From an uncultured Collinsella sp. (GTDB lineage Bacteria; Actinomycetota; Coriobacteriia; Coriobacteriales; Coriobacteriaceae), in the NCBI GenBank assembly GCA_902475475.1, contig CABRZY010000001.1, positions 1 through 50,674 on the forward strand: 50,674 nucleotides of DNA, given 5' to 3'. Below are positions 21,904-31,822 of the stretch, piece after piece; positions within the stretch are counted from its first letter, which is position 1; the number at the start of each line of letters is the position of its first letter. The notes under the pieces are model-generated. The model worked only from the letters and a program-made list of their open reading frames with translations, ran no database searches and had not been told where the DNA came from. A program made the position numbers and the translations under genes.

Positions 21904-22614
21904 ATGGGTCAGAAAGTCTACCCCACCGGCTTCCGTCTTGGCATCACCGAGAACTGGCGCTCCCGCTGGTTCGCAGAGAAGGATTACGCTAAGACCCTCG
22001 GTAACGATCTCGAGATTCGTAAGTACCTCGAGAAGCGTCTTTCCCGCGCAGCTGTCTCCCGCGTCGAGATCGAGCGCGCTGGCGACAAGGTGAAGGTCAT
22101 CATCCTCACTGCTCGCCCCGGCGTTGTCATCGGTAAGAAGGGTGCCGAGATCGATACCCTCCGTACCGAGCTCGAGAAGGTCGCTGGCGTCTCCAAGGGC
22201 CAGCTCTCCGTCGACGTTGTCGAGATCAAGCGCCCCGAGCTCGACGCCAACCTCGTTGCTCAGTCTATCGCCGAGCAGCTCGAGGGCCGCGTTGCCTTCC
22301 GTCGCGCTATGCGCAAGGCTGTCCAGTCCGCCCGCAAGGCCGGCGCTAAGGGCATCCGTATCCAGTGCTCCGGTCGTCTCGGCGGTGCCGAGATGGGCCG
22401 TCGTGAGTGGTACCGCGAGGGTCGCGTGCCTCTGCACACCCTCCGTGCCAAGATCGACTACGGCACGGCTGTCGCCAGCACCACCATGGGCGCTTGCGGC
22501 GTGAAGGTCTGGATTTACCTGGGCGAGAAGCTCCCGGGCCAGCCTGTTCCCAACCCTGCACTCGAGGGCTCTTCCCGTCCTCGTCGTCGTAACTCCGAGA
22601 GGAGGGGTCAGTAG
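21904..22614 (+). CDS. rpsC: 30S ribosomal protein S3
   Basis: [29 protein letters not shown]. Confidence 0.99.
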   Translation: MGQKVYPTGFRLGITENWRSRWFAEKDYAKTLGNDLEIRKYLEKRLSRAAVSRVEIERAGDKVKVIILTARPGVVIGKKGAEIDTLRTELEKVAGVSKGQLSVDVVEIKRPELDANLVAQSIAEQLEGRVAFRRAMRKAVQSARKAGAKGIRIQCSGRLGGAEMGRREWYREGRVPLHTLRAKIDYGTAVASTTMGACGVKVWIYLGEKLPGQPVPNPALEGSSRPRRRNSERRGQ

Positions 22615-23117
22615 TGCTTGCCCCTAAGCGTATTCTTCACCGCAAGGTGCAGCGTGGCTCCATGAAGGGCCAGGCCAAGGGTAATACCGAGCTGCATTTC
22701 GGCGAGTTTGGTATCCAGGCTCTCGAGGCCCATTGGATCACCAACCGTCAGATCGAGGCCGCTCGTATTGCCATGACCCGCTACATGAAGCGTGGCGGTC
22801 GTGTCTACATCACGATCTTCCCCGATAAGCCCATCACCAAGAAGCCTGCCGAGACTCGCATGGGTTCTGGTAAGGGTAACCCCGAGGAGTGGGTGGCCGT
22901 CGTCAAGCCCGGCCGCATCATGTTCGAGGTCAAGGGTGTTCCCGAGGAGGTCGCTCGCGAGGCTCTGCGTCTTGCGCAGCACAAGCTCCCCATCAAGACC
23001 AAGATTGTTGCTGCTAAGAACGCTGAGCAGCGCATCGAGAAGGAGATGGCTGAGGAGGCCGCTCTCGAGGCCAAGTGGGCTGCTGAGGACGCCGCCGCCG
23101 CCAAGGAGGAGAACTAA
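22614..23117 (+). CDS. rplP: 50S ribosomal protein L16 with C-terminal extension
   Basis: [21 protein letters not shown] start after GGAGG. Confidence 0.98.
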   Translation: MLAPKRILHRKVQRGSMKGQAKGNTELHFGEFGIQALEAHWITNRQIEAARIAMTRYMKRGGRVYITIFPDKPITKKPAETRMGSGKGNPEEWVAVVKPGRIMFEVKGVPEEVAREALRLAQHKLPIKTKIVAAKNAEQRIEKEMAEEAALEAKWAAEDAAAAKEEN

Positions 23118-23332
23118 TGAAGCCCGCAGAGATTCGTGAGCTCTCGGACGCTCAGCTCGTTGAGAAGCTGAAGGAAATGCGCGCCGAGCTCTTTAACCTT
23201 CGTTTCCAGATGGCCACCAGCCAGCTGGACAACACCGCTCGCGTCAACACCGTGAAGAAGGACATCGCTCGCGTCCTCACGGAGCAGCGCGCCCGCGAGA
23301 TCGCAGCGGAGAAGTCCGCTGTCGCCGAGTAG
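23117..23332 (+). CDS. rpmC: 50S ribosomal protein L29
   Basis: ELFNLRFQMAT.QL.NTAR. Confidence 0.98.
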   Translation: MKPAEIRELSDAQLVEKLKEMRAELFNLRFQMATSQLDNTARVNTVKKDIARVLTEQRAREIAAEKSAVAE

Positions 23333-23348
23333 GACCTAAGGAGAGAAC

Positions 23349-23609
23349 ATGACTGATTCGCGTAACTCGCGTAAGGTCCGTACGGGTGTCGTTACCTCCG
23401 TCTCCGGTGCCAAGACCATTGTTGTCACCATCACCGAGCGCAAGCGTCACCCCAAGTACGGCAAGATGATGACCAGCTCCAAGAAGCTGCACGCTCACGA
23501 CGAGGAGTGCACGGCTGGCGTGGGCGACACCGTCCGCGTTATGGAGACCCGTCCTATGTCCAAGATGAAGCGTTGGCGCCTCATCGAGGTCGTCGAGCGC
23601 GCTAAATAA
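23349..23609 (+). CDS. rpsQ: 30S ribosomal protein S17
   Basis: HPKYGK, AHDE, ETRPMSK.KRW. Confidence 0.98.
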   Translation: MTDSRNSRKVRTGVVTSVSGAKTIVVTITERKRHPKYGKMMTSSKKLHAHDEECTAGVGDTVRVMETRPMSKMKRWRLIEVVERAK

Positions 23610-23727
23610 GCAGTCGCTCTTACGACTTGTACGTTTCCGAAGATGTGCGTATGCCTGGCTTGCATACCACGGGCCGCATAAAGGCTGCGCACCTCTCTTC
23701 GGTTCTTAGTTCGGAGGAACATCTACC

Positions 23728-24096
23728 ATGATTCAGATGCAAACCATGCTGAACGTCGCCGACAACTCCGGCGCTCGCAAGATTCGCTGCATCAAGGTGC
23801 TTGGCGGTTCCAAGCGTCGTTATGCAGGCATCGGCGATGTGTTCATCGGTGCTGTCCAGGAGGCTACCCCTGGCGCCAACGTCAAGAAGAAGGACGTTGT
23901 CCGTTGCGTCGTCGTTCGCACCGTTAAGGAGATCCGCCGCAAGGATGGCTCCTACATTCGCTTTGATGAGAACGCCTGCGTTGTCATCAACAACGATGGT
24001 TCGCCCGTCGGCACCCGTATCTTCGGGCCTGTCGCTCGCGAGCTTCGTGACAAGAAGTACATGAAGATCGTCTCGCTCGCTCCCGAGACCCTGTAG
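23728..24096 (+). CDS. rplN: 50S ribosomal protein L14
   Basis: [20 protein letters not shown]. Confidence 0.99.
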   Translation: MIQMQTMLNVADNSGARKIRCIKVLGGSKRRYAGIGDVFIGAVQEATPGANVKKKDVVRCVVVRTVKEIRRKDGSYIRFDENACVVINNDGSPVGTRIFGPVARELRDKKYMKIVSLAPETL

Positions 24097-24109
24097 TTAG
24101 GGGAGATAT

Positions 24110-24415
24110 ATGTATATCAAGAAGGGCGATAAGGTCCAGGTTCTCTCTGGTAAGGATCGCGGCAAGCAGGGCGTTGTCCTGCGTGCTCTCCCCGCCGAGA
24201 ACAAGGTCGTTGTCGAGGGCGTTTCGGTCGTCAAGAAGGCCGTCAAGCCCAACGCTGCCAACCAGCAGGGCGGCATCGTTTCGCAGGAGGCTCCCATCGA
24301 CGCCTCCAACGTCAATCTCGTTTGCCCCGAGTGCGGTAAGGTTACCCGCGTCGGTCACGAGAAGGACGGCAAGAACAAGCTGCGCGTCTGCAAGAAGTGC
24401 GGTCACAAGTTCTAA
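24110..24415 (+). CDS. rplX: 50S ribosomal protein L24 (CPEC/CKKC zinc-ribbon form)
   Basis: [19 protein letters not shown] motif, EAPIDASNV. Confidence 0.98.
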   Translation: MYIKKGDKVQVLSGKDRGKQGVVLRALPAENKVVVEGVSVVKKAVKPNAANQQGGIVSQEAPIDASNVNLVCPECGKVTRVGHEKDGKNKLRVCKKCGHKF

Positions 24416-24441
24416 GCTGCCCGCAACATCAAGTTGCTAGC

Positions 24442-24477
24442 AAAGGCCCGGATGCCCCACGGCACCCGGGCCTTTTT
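24442..24477 (+). terminator. Intrinsic terminator after rplX
   Basis: AAAGGCCCGGATGCC-ccac-GGCACCCGGGCCTTTTT. Confidence 0.85.
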
Positions 24478-24478
24478 C

Positions 24479-24627
24479 TATCCCCACTCATTGGGGATAC
24501 TCATTGGGGACAGACTTCTCATTGGGGACAGACTTACATGAGTGATTGTGCTCATTGGGGACAGACTTAAATGAGTAGTCCCGGCAGTTGGGGACAGTCC
24601 CCATGTGTCGGCAGTTTGGGACGGTCC
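24479..24627. repeat. REP-like cluster of CTCATTGGGGACAGACTTA copies
   Basis: Copies begin at 24487, 24500, 24518 and 24551, followed by TTGGGGACAGTCCCCA and TTTGGGACGGTCC variants. Confidence 0.85.
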
Positions 24628-24906
24628 ATTGATGCCTGATGCCCCTAGAGGGGAAGAGTAAGACAGCCTGCTCTGCCTTTTTGGGCTTTGGTGTTCCGCT
24701 TCTTTATCCTTTACAAGGATCCTCGCATGCGCATTATCGCGCATAGCATTGCGTGTTAATGCGTATGACCGCGTAAAAATGTGCAAAATATGGCTAAATA
24801 ATGACCGATAAACAAATAAACACGCAAATACAAGCAAATGCGCGCGCATTTGTGCGAATATAAGGCTGTTGGAAATGAAGAACTTCCGATGACTCAGGAG
24901 GCACAT

Positions 24907-25986
24907 ATGGCAGATTCCAAGCAGGCTCCACTCGACTCCGCGGCAGCCGCAAAAGCAGCGTTCGCTTCGGTCCAGGATAAGCCGTTCCCTAACGACATCT
25001 TTACGGCTCCCGAGCTTCGCTGGGCTGTGATCGGTTGTGGCGTTATCGCCAACCAAATGGCCCAGTCCCTCGCGCTGGCCGGCCGCAAGCTTGCGGGCGT
25101 CGCCAACCGCACGCTGTCCAAGGCCCAGGCTTTTGCTGAGCAGTATGGCATCGAGAAGGTCTATGAAACGGTTGAGGACCTCTATGCCGATCCGGATATC
25201 GACGCCGTCTATATCACCACGCCGCACAACACGCATATCACCTATCTGCGTGCCGCGCTGGCCGCCGGCAAGCACGTGCTCTGCGAGAAGGCCATTACCC
25301 TCAACTCTGCCGAGCTCGACGAGGCCCGTACCATCGCCGACGAGCACAACGTGGTCCTTATGGATGCTACCACGGTGCTCCACATGCCGCTGTATCAGGA
25401 GCTGCGCCGTCGCATGGATGCGGGCGACTTTGGCCGCATGAACCTCGCCCAGCTCAACTTTGGCAGCTATAAGGAGTACGGCGATCTGACCAACCGCTTC
25501 TACAGCCGCAGCCTTGCCGGCGGCGCCATGCTCGATATTGGCGTGTATGCCCTGTCCGTCATGCGCCTCTTTATGGCAAGCCAGCCCGCTGAGGTCGTTT
25601 CGCTGGGCAATACCTGCGAGACTGGCGTTGACGTCGCAGGTGGCATTGTCTGCCGTAACGCCGAGCAGCAGCTGGGCGTCGTGAGCCTTACGCTCCACTC
25701 CAAGCAGCCCAAGCGCTCGGTTATCAGCTTCGACAAGTGTTATATCGAGGTCAACGAGTATCCGCGTGCCGACCATGCGACCATCGTGTGGACTGCAGAC
25801 GGTCACCGCGAGGAGGTCCACACTGGCACCGAGGCCTACGCACTGTGCTACGAGATGGCCGACCTGGAGAAGGCCGTTGCCGGCGATGATTCTAAACGCG
25901 AGCTTCTGGGCTATGCTTCCGATGTTATGGAGCTGATGACCAAGCTCCGCGCCGATTGGGGAGTCGTGTACCCCGAGGAGGAGTAA
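24907..25986 (+). CDS. Gfo/Idh/MocA family oxidoreductase
   Basis: WAVIGCGVIA, GKHVLCEK, GGAMLDIGVY; AGGAGG RBS. Confidence 0.93.
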   Translation: MADSKQAPLDSAAAAKAAFASVQDKPFPNDIFTAPELRWAVIGCGVIANQMAQSLALAGRKLAGVANRTLSKAQAFAEQYGIEKVYETVEDLYADPDIDAVYITTPHNTHITYLRAALAAGKHVLCEKAITLNSAELDEARTIADEHNVVLMDATTVLHMPLYQELRRRMDAGDFGRMNLAQLNFGSYKEYGDLTNRFYSRSLAGGAMLDIGVYALSVMRLFMASQPAEVVSLGNTCETGVDVAGGIVCRNAEQQLGVVSLTLHSKQPKRSVISFDKCYIEVNEYPRADHATIVWTADGHREEVHTGTEAYALCYEMADLEKAVAGDDSKRELLGYASDVMELMTKLRADWGVVYPEEE

Positions 25987-25989
25987 GCG

Positions 25990-26736
25990 ATGCTTGCGGA
26001 AGATAGGCTCAACGAGATCGTGTCGATGGTGCAGCAGACCGGCTCGGTTACCGTGCCGGAGCTTGCTGAGGCCCTGGGCGTGACGGCGTCTACTATTCGG
26101 CGCGACCTGCAGACGCTCGACCGAGCACACCGTATCGCCAAGGTGCACGGAGGTGCGACAAGTCTGGAGCGCGCGCACGTGACGCGCGACCTGACGATCA
26201 GCGAGCGCAGTGATCTCCATAACGATGACAAGGAGCGTATCTGCGCCCGTGCCGCGGCCCTGGTGGAGCCCGAGAGCTTTGTGTACATCGATTCAGGTTC
26301 GACGACGCTTAGGCTCATCGAGCATCTTCCGCGCCTTGAGGGCGTCACCTATGTGACCGACTCCGTGCTCCATGCTCAGCATCTCGCTCTGCGCGGCATG
26401 CGCACCGTGGTGCTGGGCGGCGAGCTCAAGCCCGAGACCGAGGCGCTCGTCGGTCCCGACGCCTTGGCAACCCTGGACCGCTATAACTTCAACTGCGGCT
26501 TTTGGGGTTCCAATGGCATCGCCGTCGAGCAAGGTCTCACCACACCGGATATCGAGGAAGCGCAAGTCAAGCGTATCTCGATGCGCCATACCGCCAAACG
26601 CTTCGTAATCTCAGACGCCAGCAAATTCGGCATGGTGGCGCCCGTCAAGTTCGCGGACTTCCGCGACGCAACGATTATTACCGCGGGCGAGGTCCCCGCC
26701 AAGTACCGGGCAATGGACAACGTCATCACGGTCTAG
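25990..26736 (+). CDS. DeoR/GlpR (FruR-like) transcriptional regulator
   Basis: N-terminal HTH 'STIRRDL', VHGGA, IDSGSTT, DASKF. Confidence 0.94.
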   Translation: MLAEDRLNEIVSMVQQTGSVTVPELAEALGVTASTIRRDLQTLDRAHRIAKVHGGATSLERAHVTRDLTISERSDLHNDDKERICARAAALVEPESFVYIDSGSTTLRLIEHLPRLEGVTYVTDSVLHAQHLALRGMRTVVLGGELKPETEALVGPDALATLDRYNFNCGFWGSNGIAVEQGLTTPDIEEAQVKRISMRHTAKRFVISDASKFGMVAPVKFADFRDATIITAGEVPAKYRAMDNVITV

Positions 26737-26757
26737 CAGCAGGGGACGGGCTAAGGC

Positions 26758-26850
26758 CAAAACCACCGCGAAGGGGCAGGAACCTTTGTGGCGGTTTTGA
26801 CGTTTGTCCAGATAAAACCTGCCAAAATAAACCTGTCCCTTTTCGGCAGG
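26758..26850. repeat. REP-like hairpin pair including copy 2 of the 52-bp element
   Basis: CAAAACCACCGCGAAGG/CCTTTGTGGCGGTTTTG hairpin, then 26799-26850 matching 976-1027; lies between convergent genes. Confidence 0.8.
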
Positions 26851-26852
26851 TT

Positions 26853-27512
26853 TTAGGGCTCCCAGGGGCAGGGGGCTTCGATGTGGATGTGCTCGCCGGT
26901 AACGGGATGCGTGAAGGACACGCTGTGGGCGTGGAGCATCAGGCCGCAGGGGCGCGGCGTTCCGTACAGGTCGTCGCCCACCAGCGGATGGTGCTCGCTT
27001 GCCAGATGGACACGGATCTGGTGTTTGCGGCCGGTGAGCAGCTCGACATCGATATACGAGCGCGCGGGCAGGCCTCGGCGGCTCTTAAGGCGCTTGAGCA
27101 CCTTCACGCGCGTCTGAGACGGCTTGCCGCTGGCGCCGACGCGCATCTTGCGGCTGTCGTGGCGGTCGCGGGCGATCGGCTTGTCGATGAGCTTTTCGTT
27201 CCAGTCGATTTTGCCCTCGGCGAGCGCCAGGTAGTGCTTTTCGAAGGCGTGGTCGTTCACCATCTGATCAAAAGCGGGCTGCGTCTGTTTGTCGAGCGAA
27301 AACAGCACCACGCCGGTGGTGTTGCGGTCCAGGCGGTTGAGCGGCTGCATGTCAGTCGCGGCAAAGCCGTCGCCCATCGCCAGCAGCAGATCGCTGGCGT
27401 AGTCGGTAAGTGTGCGCTCGCCGGTGCCGTCACCGTGGACGATCATGCCGGCGGGCTTATTGATGGCCATGAGCCAGGCGTCGCAGTAGAGGACTTGAGG
27501 TTCTTCGTTCAC
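26853..27512 (-). CDS. RluA-family pseudouridine synthase
   Basis: NKPAG, NRLDRNTTG (catalytic Asp), TGRKHQIRVH, LMLHA. Confidence 0.93.
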   Translation of the reverse strand: MNEEPQVLYCDAWLMAINKPAGMIVHGDGTGERTLTDYASDLLLAMGDGFAATDMQPLNRLDRNTTGVVLFSLDKQTQPAFDQMVNDHAFEKHYLALAEGKIDWNEKLIDKPIARDRHDSRKMRVGASGKPSQTRVKVLKRLKSRRGLPARSYIDVELLTGRKHQIRVHLASEHHPLVGDDLYGTPRPCGLMLHAHSVSFTHPVTGEHIHIEAPCPWEP

Positions 27513-27527
27513 GTGTAAGCCTTTCGG

Positions 27528-30023
27528 TTAGCTAATTCCCACAAACATGCAGCCCGAGGTCGCCCCGCGCAGGCGGGCAGCGGGCTTGCGACCTGCCTGC
27601 GCTGCCTCAATGGCGCGGCGGACACGAGCGACGGCACGGCCAATCTCATCGGGCTCGAGCAGGGTTCCGTCGACCATAAGACGACGGACGCCGGCGTCGA
27701 GCAGCTGTGGTACCTGCGGCGTGAGGTCGATGGGGTAAGCGTCGTACAGGCGCGAGCGGCCGTGAATATCGGTGCGCACCGGCATGACCTTGCCATCGAT
27801 ATTCTTGAGCGACAGCTTGCGGGCGCGAAGGCGGCAGTTGACGCAATCGTGGATACAACCGTTGGCCACCTGCAGGATGCAGTGCTCGCTCGTCATAACG
27901 CGCGGGCGGCCGAACACGGTGATGCCCAGCGCTGCGGGCGCGGAGGTGCCAAGCGAGATAATCTCGTCGAGCGTGATCTCGGGCGAGAGCCAAAAAGCGC
28001 CGGTTCCGCGCTCGGCAAGTGCCTCCATGCAAGGCGTGTTGTGCACGGGCAGGCAAGAGCGAATCTCGGCTGTGGCGCCAACCTGGGCGGCCAGGGCAAG
28101 CTCGGAGATATTGCCGACGGCGACAGTCGCTCCAGCAAGAATCCACGGGTCAACGCGGACGTGGTCAACGGCGCGGCAGACCTCATCGAGCACGGGTACG
28201 ATGCCCTGCTCAAACGCATCGGCGGGGGAGAGCTCGGCCGCATCGAGCGCGTCGGTGGTCATGTAGATGCGCGTTGCACCCTCGGCGCGAGCGGCCTCGG
28301 CGGCCTCGAGCGAGGTGACGGTGGCGCAGACCTGCGGCTCATCGCGGTAATGCTCGGGCATGGGGCGGGAATCGCTGGTGACAATCGCCGGCAGCTCGAG
28401 CGTGCGGGCGCGCTCCTCGTACGGCGCCAGAATGGCCTCTTCCAGCGTCTTGCAAGCGGCGGCACGCACCTTGTGCACGGCGGAAAAGCCCATGCCGCAG
28501 CCTTCATCGAGCGCCACATCAAAGCTCTCAGCCTCAAAGGGCGAGGAGCCCATGCGGCCCACATGCTCAACCAGATCGGACGCCTCGACGGCGCGGGTCT
28601 TGGCGGCCTCGACGGTAAAGCCGGTAGCGGTGGCGGTGAGCGCGGGGTCGTCGCAGCAGGTGAGCGTCACGGTAAACGGCTCGCCCAGACGCGCCACAAC
28701 GGACACGTCTACGGCGCGGCGGCGCAGCACGTCGCGCTTGAGCGCAGCCCCGGCGGCGTCGATGGCGCGCTGGCTGCGAATCACGCGCACGCGGCAACCC
28801 TCGGGCATGCTGCGGGGCACGCGGCACTCGATGACGTCGCCGGCGGCGGCATCATCGGCGGCGATGGTGGTCAGGAACTGGTCAAACTCGTCGTCATGAC
28901 GAAGCTCCAGCAGGTCGCCCTTGCCCACGGGCTCAAACAGCTCAATGCGGGCGATGGCGGCGCGGCGACGGCGGTCGTCGGGCTTGAGGCCGCGCACATC
29001 GCGGTTGGCCAGGCGGCTGCCGAGCACCGTGCCCACAATCTGGCCGCGGTTGTTGGAGCGCTCGTAGCTCATCATCTCGTCACCCGAGGTACCGTCTTGA
29101 TAGGCGTGCGTAAAGTCACGGTTAAAGCAGCGCTTGAGCTGGCGCTGGCGGGCGGCTTCCTCGTCCTTAGAGGTCGAAACATCGGCCAGCATGTCATCAA
29201 TCTGATGACGATACACGTCGACGATGGAATACACGTAATCGGGGGCCTTCATGCGGCCCTCGAGCTTGAGCGATGCGGCGCCGGCGTCATACAGACGACG
29301 AACGAGCTGCGACGTGTTGGTGTCGCGCGGGCATAGCGCGCGCTCGCGACCGGCGGGGGAGAGCGAGCGGCCGTTCTCGTCGATCAGCTCGTAAGGCAGG
29401 CGACAGGGCTGAGCACACATGCCGCGGTTGGCCGAGCGGCCCGCCATGGCAAAGCTCGAGAGCAGGCACAGACCCGAGTAGCAAAAGCAGATAGCGCCGT
29501 GGCTAAAGACCTCGAGGTCGACGTCGGGCGCGGCGTCGTGGATGGCGGCGATCTCGTCAATGGAGAGCTCGCGCGACAAGGTCACGCGGTCGGCGCCCTG
29601 CTCGCGGCACCAGATGGTTCCGCGGTCATCATGGATGTTCGCCTGGGTCGAGATGTGTGTCTCGATGCCGGGCATGGTGCGCTTGACCTCAAAGAACAAG
29701 CCCCAGTCCTGGATAATGAAGGCATCGGCGCCCAGCGTGGAGCAGCGATGGATGAGCTGCAGCGCGTCGCTCATCTCGGATTCCTTGATGACGATGTTGA
29801 CCGTGACGTAGACGCGCGAACCGGCTAGATGTGCGGCGCGGCAGGCCTGCTCAAAGGCCTCGTCGGTAAAGTTCGTTGCCTTGCGGCGGGCGTTGAAGCT
29901 GCCCATGCCACAGTAGATGGCGTCTGCCCCGGCAGCGAGTGCGGCGGCAAAGGGCTCGGGGCCTCCGGCGGGGGCCAAGAGCTCGGGCCTGCGGTTGGTG
30001 GTTCGACTGGCGGTTGCGGTCAT
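27528..30023 (-). CDS. U32-family Fe-S RNA hydroxylase, RlhA-like long form
   Basis: PELLAPAG, HISTQ, GAICFCYSGLC..RGMCAQPCR, KLEGRMK; 831 aa. Confidence 0.88.
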   Translation of the reverse strand: MTATASRTTNRRPELLAPAGGPEPFAAALAAGADAIYCGMGSFNARRKATNFTDEAFEQACRAAHLAGSRVYVTVNIVIKESEMSDALQLIHRCSTLGADAFIIQDWGLFFEVKRTMPGIETHISTQANIHDDRGTIWCREQGADRVTLSRELSIDEIAAIHDAAPDVDLEVFSHGAICFCYSGLCLLSSFAMAGRSANRGMCAQPCRLPYELIDENGRSLSPAGRERALCPRDTNTSQLVRRLYDAGAASLKLEGRMKAPDYVYSIVDVYRHQIDDMLADVSTSKDEEAARQRQLKRCFNRDFTHAYQDGTSGDEMMSYERSNNRGQIVGTVLGSRLANRDVRGLKPDDRRRRAAIARIELFEPVGKGDLLELRHDDEFDQFLTTIAADDAAAGDVIECRVPRSMPEGCRVRVIRSQRAIDAAGAALKRDVLRRRAVDVSVVARLGEPFTVTLTCCDDPALTATATGFTVEAAKTRAVEASDLVEHVGRMGSSPFEAESFDVALDEGCGMGFSAVHKVRAAACKTLEEAILAPYEERARTLELPAIVTSDSRPMPEHYRDEPQVCATVTSLEAAEAARAEGATRIYMTTDALDAAELSPADAFEQGIVPVLDEVCRAVDHVRVDPWILAGATVAVGNISELALAAQVGATAEIRSCLPVHNTPCMEALAERGTGAFWLSPEITLDEIISLGTSAPAALGITVFGRPRVMTSEHCILQVANGCIHDCVNCRLRARKLSLKNIDGKVMPVRTDIHGRSRLYDAYPIDLTPQVPQLLDAGVRRLMVDGTLLEPDEIGRAVARVRRAIEAAQAGRKPAARLRGATSGCMFVGIS

Positions 30024-30205
30024 ATCCTGCCTTTCAAAATGCTCAGATACTCAAAAGTATAGTGGAGCCGTGGCGACAGGCGATGCCCGTGCTCCAAGCG
30101 GGATAAAGTCTTCAGCAGCTTGGGCTGGCTGACCCCGTGGAGAACCGTTCAGCTGCCAACGGGCGCCGTTGGGCGATAAAATATTCTCGCAGCGTGATAA
30201 TAATC

Positions 30206-30234
30206 TTGCATCGCGCGGAAACCTTGAGTACTAT
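30206..30234 (+). promoter_or_regulatory. Promoter of the ridA-family gene
   Basis: TTGCAT-N17-TACTAT. Confidence 0.6.
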
Positions 30235-30323
30235 CCCAATCAAGCGCGGTGTTCAGACCGAACTGTGCCTCCCGGTGTGAACGCCGCGCTCACGCTTCCT
30301 CAACTGATCGTAAGGAGATAAAC

Positions 30324-30701
30324 ATGAGCAAGACCGTCGTGTCTTCCGATAACGCACCCGCAGCCATCGGACCGTATTCCCCCGGCATCCAGACCGGCAA
30401 CATGGTGTTCCTGTCCGGCCAGCTGGGCATCGACCCTGCAACCGGCAAGATGCCCGAGGGCGTCGAGGCCCAGGCCAAGCAGTCCCTCGCCAACGTCGAG
30501 GCCCTGCTGACCGCTGCCGGCGCCACCTTTGCCGATGTCGTCAAGACCACGGTCTACCTGGCCGACATTGCCGACTTCGCTGCCGTGAACGAGATCTACG
30601 CCTCCAAGTTCGAGGCCCCGTTCCCCGCGCGTAGCGCTTTCCAGGTTGCCGCCCTTCCGGCCGGCGGTTTGGTCGAGATCGAGGTCGTCGCCGCTCTCTA
30701 A
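30324..30701 (+). CDS. ridA: RidA/YjgF enamine-imine deaminase
   Basis: APAAIGPYS, SGQLG, PARSAFQVAALP..LVEIE. Confidence 0.93.
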   Translation: MSKTVVSSDNAPAAIGPYSPGIQTGNMVFLSGQLGIDPATGKMPEGVEAQAKQSLANVEALLTAAGATFADVVKTTVYLADIADFAAVNEIYASKFEAPFPARSAFQVAALPAGGLVEIEVVAAL

Positions 30702-30730
30702 GGCGTTGGCCACAACTAAACATGACATGC

Positions 30731-30769
30731 AAAAAGACCCTGCAGCGCGTGCGAGCTGCAGGGTCTTTT
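30731..30769. terminator. Bidirectional terminator
   Basis: AAAAAGACCCTGCAGC/GCTGCAGGGTCTTTT between convergent genes. Confidence 0.85.
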
Positions 30770-30813
30770 GTCAAGTGACGGGTCGCTTGTGGAGCCGCGC
30801 TCCATTTTGCTCG

Positions 30814-31470
30814 TTAGCCCTCCTTGCGGACTTTTTGCAGGTAGCGGTAGACGCTGGGCTCCGAGATGCCCAGCGCGGTGGCGGCGCAGGCCACGGCTCC
30901 CTTGAGCATGAACACCCCGTTGCCGTTGAGGTGGCGAATGACGTCCACGCGGTCGCTCTGACCAAGCGACGCTACATCCAGCCCGCGCGCGCTCAGCAAC
31001 TCGGTAATGCTGCGGTCGATGAGCTCCTGTGTAGACTCCGAAAGACTTTCGACTTCGATAGACGCAGGCTCCGCCTGCCTGGGCACAGCGTCGAAGCATG
31101 CCATGAGCTGCTGCGCCATGGCGTTGATGGAGCGCACGGTCGAGAGGTCGGTGTTGACGCAGAGCATACCGACGATCTCGTCATTCTCGCGGATAAAGTA
31201 CGTCGCCGACTCCAGCGTCTTGCCACCGGCACCGCGCCCCTCGTAGCCCGTAATAAACGGCAGGTCGCGATACTTGGCGTCGTGCATGATCTTGAGTGCC
31301 AGATCGGTGGCGGGGCCGCCGACCTTGCGGCCGCTCACGATGCCGTTGCGAATATCGACGATGGCGTGGTCGGGATCCGAGAAATCGTGCAGCACGATTT
31401 CGCTGTTCTTACCGAGTATCTGCTCCAGGAAATCGACCATCGGCAAAAAGCGACGTACGGTCTCGTTCAC
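30814..31470 (-). CDS. YheO-like PAS + HTH transcriptional regulator
   Basis: EIVLHDF, SGRKVGGP.TD, GMLCVN.D, GVFMLKGAV..A..LGIS..SVYRYL; GTG start after AAGGAG. Confidence 0.9.
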   Translation of the reverse strand: MNETVRRFLPMVDFLEQILGKNSEIVLHDFSDPDHAIVDIRNGIVSGRKVGGPATDLALKIMHDAKYRDLPFITGYEGRGAGGKTLESATYFIRENDEIVGMLCVNTDLSTVRSINAMAQQLMACFDAVPRQAEPASIEVESLSESTQELIDRSITELLSARGLDVASLGQSDRVDVIRHLNGNGVFMLKGAVACAATALGISEPSVYRYLQKVRKEG

Positions 31471-31822
31471 GGGCAACTCCTTGGGGTGAAATCGGAAATG
31501 TTCATAACAATTTTTTCTCATGGTAACACGCTGCCCATCATCTCGTATATCCGCAGGTACATTGCGTAATGCAGACGAACGGTAGGAATTTAGCGGTAAA
31601 CGGTTGACCAAAAGAAATGTTAGATGTTATTTTGACCAGACACTTTCCTGACCTGCGGAAATGCGTAATTTCAGCTGAAGAATAGTCTGATAACAAAAAA
31701 TTATTATTGAGAATGAGAATCATCTTTAATACGATATGCAATGAAGGCACAACCTCAACCCCGCACTGCGTCACAATAGAGCGTCAGATGCGAAAACAAC
31801 TACTTCGAGGATTGGTGGTCAA

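Noticed and set aside
24479..24627. CTCATTGGGGACAG cluster as a mini-CRISPR
   Set aside because: Irregular spacing, nested partial copies and no real spacers.
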